DNA of 64,000 nt, from NCBI RefSeq assembly GCF_009914755.1, contig NC_060933.1; one strand, written 5' to 3'. Shown one piece after another: positions 57,101-64,000 of this stretch (the stretch's first letter is position 1; each line of letters starts with the position of its first letter). The notes below the pieces were generated by a model that saw only the letters and a program-made list of their open reading frames with translations, was not told where the DNA came from and ran no database searches. A program made the translations under genes and the position numbers. Source of the stretch: the human T2T-CHM13v2.0 reference genome, Homo sapiens.

Positions 57101-60100
57101 TCCTTTCCATTCCATTGCATTCCATTCTATTCGCGTTAATTCCATTCCATTCCATTCCATTCCATTCCATTCCATTCCATTCCATTCCATTCTATTCCAT
57201 TCCATTGCAATCGAGTTGAATCCATTGCATTTCATTCCATTCCATTCCATTCCATTCCATTCCATTCCGGAAGATTCCATTCCATTGCATTCCATTCCAT
57301 TCCATTCCCCTGCACTCGCGTTGATTCCATTCCATTCCATTCCATTCCATTCCATTCCGTTCCGTTCTGTTCCATTCCATTCCATTCCATTCCATTCCGT
57401 TCCGTTCCATTCCATTCCATTCCATTCTATTTGGGTTAATTCCATTCCATTCCATTCGATTGCAATCGAGTTGATTCCATTCCATTCCATTCCATTCCAT
57501 TCCATTCCATTCCATTCCATTCCTTTCCATTCCATTACGGATGATTCCATTCCATTGCATTCCATTCCATTCCATTCCCCTGTACTCGGATTGATTCCAT
57601 TCCATTCTATTCCAATCCATGCAATTCCACTCGTGTTGATTCCATTCTTTCCATTCCATTCAAGTTGAATCCATTCCATTGCATTCCATTCCATTTGATT
57701 CCATTCGATTGCACTCGGGTTGATTCCATTCCATTGCATTCCATTCCATTCCATTTCATTCCATTCCGTTCCTTTCCATTCCATTCCATTCCATTCCATT
57801 CCATTGCAATCGAGTTGATTCCATTCCATTCCTTTCCATTCCATTCCATTGCCTTGCATTCCACTCGGGTTGATTCCATTCCCTTCTTTCCACTCCATTA
57901 CATTCCCTTCCATTCCACTCGGAATGATTGATACCATTCCATTCCATTCCATTTCATTCCATTGCAATCCATTCCAATCCATTCCATTCCAATCCATTCC
58001 ATTCCGTTCCGTTCCATTCCATTCCATTCCATTCCATTCTATTCGGGTTAATTCCATTCCATTCCATTCGATTGCAATCGAGTTGATTCCATTCCATTCC
58101 ATTCCTTTCCATTCCATTACGGATGATTCCATTCCATTGCATTCCATTCCATTCCATTCCCCTGTACTCGGGTTCATTCCATTCCATTCCATTCTAATCC
58201 ATGACATTCCACTCGTGTTGATTCCATTCTTTCCATTCCATTCATGTTGAATCCATTCCATTGCATTCCATTCCATTCCATTCCCCTGCAGTCGGGTTGA
58301 TTCCATTCCATTCCATTCCATTCCATTCCACTCCATTCCATTCCATTCTGTTCCGTTCCATTCCATTCCACTCCATTCTATTCGGGTTAATTCCATTCCA
58401 TTCCATTCCATTCCATTCCATTCCATTCCAATCGAGTTGATTCCATTCCATTCCATTCCATTCCATTCCACTCCATTCCAGTCCTTTCCATTCCATTCCA
58501 CTCGGGTTGATTCCAATGTATTCCTTTCCATTCCATTCCATTCCATTGCAATCGGGTTGATTCCATTGTTTTGCATTCCATTCCATTCCATTCCATTTCG
58601 GATGATTCCATTCCATTGCATTCCATTCCATTCTAATCCCCTGCACTCGGGTTGATTCCATTCCATTCCACTCCATTCCGTTCCATTCCATTCCATTCCA
58701 TTGTATTCAGGTTAATTCCATTCCATTCCATTCCATTCTATTCCATTCCATTACAATCGAGTTGATTCCATTCCATTGCATTCCATTCCATTCCATTCCA
58801 TTCCATTCCGTTGCATTCCATTCCATTACATTCGGATTGATTCTATTCAACTCCCTTACTCTCCATTACATTCCATTCCATTCGGGTTGTTCCATTCCAT
58901 TCCATTCCATTCCACTCCATTCCATTGCACTTGGGTTGATTCCATTCCATTCCATTCCATTCCATTCCATTCCATTCCGGATGATTCCACTCCATTGCAT
59001 TCCGTTCCATTACATTCCACTGCACTCGCGTTGATTCCATTCCATTCCATTCAATTCCATTCCATTACAATTCATTCCATTCCATTCTATTCCATACCAT
59101 TCCATTCCATTCCATTCCATTCCATTCCATTCCATTCCATTCCGTTCCTTTCCGTTCCATTCCATTCCATTCCATTCTATTCGGGTTAATTCCATTCCAT
59201 TCTATTCCATTCCATTCCATTCCATTCTATTCCATTCCATTGCAATCGAGTTGAATCCATTGCATTTCATTCCATTCCATTCCATTCCGGAAGATTCCAT
59301 TCAATTGCATTCCATTCCATTCCATTCCATTCCCCTGCACTCGCGTTGATTCCATTCCATTCCATTCCATTCCATTCCATTCCGTTCCGTTCCATTCCAT
59401 TCCATTCCATTCCATTCCATTCCGTTCCGTTCCATTCCATTCCATTCCATTCTATTCGGGTTAATTCCATTCCATTCCATTCGATTGCAATCGAGTTGAT
59501 TCCATTCCATTCCATTCCATTCCATTGCATTCCTTTCCATTCCATTACGGATGATTCCATTCCATTGCATTCCATTCCATTCTATTCCCCTGTACTCGGG
59601 TTGATTCCAATCCATTCCATTCCAATCCATGCCATTCCACTCGTGTTGATTCCATTCTTTCCATTCCTTTCAAGTTGAATCCATTCCATTGCACTCCATT
59701 CCATTCGATTCCATTCGATTGCACTCGGGTTGATTCCATTCCATTGCATTCCATTCCATTCCATTCCATTCCATTCCATTCCTTTCCATTCCGTTCCATT
59801 CCATTTCATTACATTCAGATTGATTCTATTCAATTCCCTTACATTCCATTATATTCCAATCCATTCTGGTTGTTTCCATTCCATTCCATTCCATTGCACT
59901 CCATTCCATTGCACTCGGGTTGATTCCATTCCATTCCATTCCATTCCATTCCATTCCGGATGATTCCATTCCATTGCATTCCATTCCATTCCATTCCCCT
60001 GCACTCGGGTTGATTCCATTCAATTCCATTCCATTACATTCTGTTCCATTCCATTCCATTCCATTCGGATTGATTCTATTCAATTCCCTAACACTCCATT

Positions 60101-63100
60101 ACATTCCATTCCATTCGGGTAGTTTCCATTCCATTCCATTTCATTCCTCTCCATTCCATTGCACTCGGGTTGATTCCATTCCATTCCATTCCATTCCATT
60201 CCATTCCATTCCATTCCATTCCATTGTACTCGGGGTGATTCCATTCCATTGCATTCCATTCCATTCCGTTCCATTCCATTCCATTCCATTCCGTTCCATT
60301 CCATTACATTCGGATTGATTCTATTCAACTCCGTTACTCTCCATTACATTCCATTCCATTCGGGTTGTTCCATTCCATTCCATTCCATTCGACTCCATTC
60401 CATTGCACTCGGGTTGATTCCATTCCATTCCATTCCATTCCATTCCATTCCATTCCATTCCGGATGATTCCATTCCATTGCATTCCGTTCCATTACATTC
60501 CCCTGCACTCTGGTTGATTCCATTCCATTCCATTCGATTCCATTCCATTCCAATTCTTTCCATTCCATTCTATTTCGTAACATTCCATTCCATTCCATAC
60601 AATTCCATTCCATTCCATTCCACTCCGTTCCGTTCCGTTCCGTTCCATTCCATTCCATTCCATTCTATTCGGCTTAATTCCATTCCGTTCCATTCCATTC
60701 CATTCTATTCCATTCCATTGCAATCGAGTTGAATCCATTGCATTCTATTCCATTCCATTCCATTCCATTCCATTCCATTCCATTCCGTTCCATTCCCTTC
60801 CATTCTATTCCATTACATTCGGATTGTTTCTTTTCAACTCCCTTACTCTCCATTACATTCCATTCCATTCGGGTTGTTCCATTCCATTCCATTCCATTCC
60901 ACTCCATTCCATTGCACTCAGGTTGATTCCATTCCATTCCATTCCATTCCATTCCGGATGATTCCATTCCATGGCATTCCGTTCCATTACATTCCCCTGC
61001 ACCCGGGTTGATTCCATTCCATTCCATTCCATTCCATTCCATTCCATTCCATTCCCCTGCACTCGCGTTGATTCCATTCCATTCCATTCCATTCCATTCC
61101 ATTCCATTCCATTCCTTTCCATTCCATTCCATTCCGTTCCGTTCTGTTCCATTCCATTCCATTCCATTCCATTCCGTTCCGTTCCATTCCATTCCATTCT
61201 ATTTGGGTTAATTCCATTCCATTCCATTCGATTGCAATCGAGTTGATTCCATTCCATTCCATTCCATTCCATTCCATTTCGTTCCATTCCATTCTATTCC
61301 GTATCATTCCATTCCATTAAATTCCATTCCATTCCATTCCATTCCATTCCAATCGTGTTGATTCCATTCCTTTCCATTCCATTCGGTTTGAAGGCATTCC
61401 ATTCCATTCCATTCCATTCCATTCCATTCCCCTGCACTCGGGTTGATTCCATTCCATTCCATTCCATTCCATTCCGTTGCATTCCATTCCATTACATTCG
61501 GATTGATTCTTTTCAACTCCCTTTCTCTCCATTACATTCCATTCCATTCGGGTTGTTCCATTCCATTCCATTCCATTCCACTCCATTCCATTGCACTCGG
61601 GTTGATTCCATTCCATTCCTTTCCATTCCATTCCATTCCATTCCGGATGATTCCATTCCATTGCATTCCGTTCCATTACATTCCCTTGCACTCGCGTTGA
61701 TTCCATTCCATTCCATTCCATTCCATTCAATTCCATTCCATTACAATTCGTTCCATTCCATTCTATTCCGTACCATTCCATTCCATTCCATACCATTCCA
61801 TTCCATTCCATTCCATTCCATTCCATTCCATTCTATTCCATTCCATTCCATTACGGATGATTCCATTCCATTGCATTCCATTCCATTCCATTCCCCTATA
61901 CTCGGATTGATTCCGTTCCATTCTATTCTAATCCATGCCATTCCACTCGTGTAGATTCCATTCTTTCCATTCCATTCAAGTTGAATCCATTCCATTGCAT
62001 TCCATTCCATTTGATTCCATTCGATTGCACTCGGGTTGATTCCATGGCATTGCATTCCATTCAATTCCATTCCATTCCATTCCATTCCGTTCCATTCCAT
62101 TCCATTCCATTCTATTCGGATTAATTCCATTCCATTCCATTCCATTCCATTCTATTCCATTCCATTGCAATCGAGTTGAATCCATTGCATTTCATTCCAT
62201 TCCATTCCATTCCATTCCATTCCGGAAGATTCCATTCCTTTGCATTCCATTCCATTCCATTCCCCTGCACTCGCGTTGATTCCATTCCATTCCATTCCAT
62301 TCCATTCCGTTCCGTTCCATTCCATTCCATTCCATTCCATTCCGTTCCGTTCCATTCCATTCCATTCCATTCTATTCGGGTTAATTCCATTCCATTCCAC
62401 TCAATTGAAATCGAGTTGATTCCATTCCATTCCATTCCATTCCATTCCATTCCTTTCCATTCCATTACGGATGATTCCATTCCATTGCATTCCATTCCAT
62501 TCCATTCCCCTGTACTCCGGTTTATTCCATTCCCGTCCATTCCAATCCATTCCATTCCACTCGTGTTGATTCAATTCTTTCCATTCCATTCAAGTTGAAT
62601 CCATTCCATTGCATTCCATTCCATTCGATTCCATTCGATTGCGCTCGGGTTGATTCCATTCCATTGCATTCCATTCCATTCCATTCCATTCCATTCCATT
62701 CCATTCCGTTCCATTCCATTACATTCGGATTGATTCTATTCAATTCCCTTACACTCCATTACATTCCATTCCATTCGGGTAGTTTCCATTCCATTCCATT
62801 CTATCCCTCTCCATTCCATTGCACTCGGGTTGATTCAATTCCATTGCATTCCATTCCATTCCATTCCATTCCATTCCGTTGCATTCCATTCCATTACATT
62901 CGGATTGATTCTATTCAACTCCCTTACTCTCCATTCCATTCCATTCCATTCGCGTTGTTCCATTCCATTCCATTCCATTCCACTCCATTCCATTGCACTC
63001 GGGTTGATTCCATTCCATTCCATTCCATTCCATTCCATTCCATTCCGGATGATTCCATTCCATTGCATTCCGTTCCATTACATTCCCCTGCCCTCGCGTT

Positions 63101-64000
63101 GATTCCATTCCATTCCATTCCATTCCATTCAATTCCATTCCATTACAATTCGTTCCATTCCATTCTATTCCGTACCATTCCATTCCATTCCATACCATTC
63201 CATTCCATTCCATTCCATTCCGTTCCATTCCGTTCCATTCAATTCCATTCCATTCCATTCCATTCCATTCCATTCTATTCCATTCCATTGCAATCGAGTT
63301 GAATCCATTGCATTTCATTCCATTCCATTCCATTCCATTCCATTCCATTCCATTCCGGAAGATTCCATTCCATTGCATTCCATTCCATTCCATTCCCCTG
63401 CACTCGCGTTGATTCCATTCCATTCCATTCCATTCCATTCCGTTCCGTTCCGTTCCATTCCATTCCATTCCATTCCATTCCGTTCCGTTCCATTCCATTG
63501 CATTCTATTCTATTCGGGTTAATTCCATTCCATTCCATTCGATTGCAATCGAGTTGATTCCATTCCATTCCATTCCATTCCATTCCATTCCATTCCTTTC
63601 CATTCCATTACGGATGATTCCATTCCATTGCGTTCCATACCATTCCATTCCCCTATACTCGGGTTGATTCCATTCCATTCCATTCCAATCCATGCCATTC
63701 CACTCGTGGTGATTCCATTCTTTCAATTCCATTCAAGTTGAATCCATTCCATTGCATTCCATTCCATTCGATTCCATTCGATTGCACTCGGGTTGATTCC
63801 ATTCCATTGCATTCCATTCCATTCCGTTCAATTCCATTTCATTACATTCAGATTGATTCTATTCAATTCTCTTACACTCCATTATATTCCAATCCATTCT
63901 GGTTGTCTCCATTCCATTCCATTCCATTTCACTCCATTCCATTGCACTCGGGTTGATTCCATTCCATTCCATTCCATTGCATTCTATTCCATTCCATTCC
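48125..64000 (+). repeat. Higher-order repeat unit, copy 2 (partial, truncated by window end; matches ~21200-37120)
   Basis: Near-identical to 21200-37120, differing by roughly a dozen visible substitutions and a series of 5n-bp indels. Confidence 0.92.

Larger units (their letters stand above)
1..64000 (+). repeat. Satellite III (HSat3-type) pericentromeric satellite array, (CATTC)n on + strand
   Basis: Continuous ATTCC pentamers across the window, interspersed roughly every 50 bp with ACTCGGGTTG/ATTCGGGTT-type decamers, the classical Sat3 signature. It lacks the HSat2-type CATTCGATTC/GATGATTC-dominated 23/26-bp structure. No strand switch and no unique-sequence island seen. Confidence 0.97.

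Noticed and set aside
27-63956. Hundreds of ORFs on both strands (HSIPF / MEWNG repeats)
   Set aside because: The pentamer has no stop codon in any frame and supplies an ATG every 5 bp on the minus strand. The ORFs overlap in all six frames and show no recognisable domain, so none is called as CDS.
1-64000. CRISPR-like repeat-spacer appearance (words about every 50 bp)
   Set aside because: The intervening sequence is the pentamer itself rather than unique spacers. There is no leader and no cas genes.
1-64000. HSat2, alpha satellite or telomeric repeat
   Set aside because: No 171-bp monomer, CENP-B box or TTAGGG array seen. CATTCGATTC is only occasional, and long perfect ATTCC runs plus ACTCGGGTTG indicate Sat3.
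1-64000. Transposon insertion or strand inversion within the array
   Set aside because: No poly-A, Alu/L1-like or GGAAT-oriented segment found on reading through.
1-64000. Specific chromosome/subfamily assignment (e.g. 9q12 HSat3B)
   Set aside because: The ACTCGGGTTG-rich vocabulary is compatible, but I cannot distinguish subfamilies, or human from other great apes, without a k-mer search.

Overview
The whole 64 kb window is one uninterrupted, single-orientation array of classical primate Satellite III (HSat3-type) DNA: a (CATTC)n/(GGAAT)n pentamer backbone interspersed with the diagnostic decamer A(C/T)TCGGGTTG and its variants. I see no genes, RNA genes, transposons or CRISPR arrays. The hundreds of ORFs (HSIPF/MEWNG repeats) arise because the pentamer has no stop codon. 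The informative signal is structural. (1) A very young ~26.9 kb tandem higher-order repeat (HOR) starts at ~21.2 kb and restarts at ~48.1 kb, running off the window end. (2) The first 21 kb is an older mosaic of the same modules, with nested duplications at offsets of 50, 79, 310, 445, 1273, ~4320 and ~9100 bp across the window. (3) Variant linker words follow an ordered grammar on a ~50-bp lattice. (4) About 45 copies of the word ATTCC-GGAAG-ATTCC, a perfect three-unit heat-shock element, are unevenly distributed along the HOR unit. (5) A recurrent 14-bp palindrome, TCGATTGCAATCGA, occurs about two dozen times. All counts and breakpoints were made by eye and are approximate. Species and chromosome assignment are inference.
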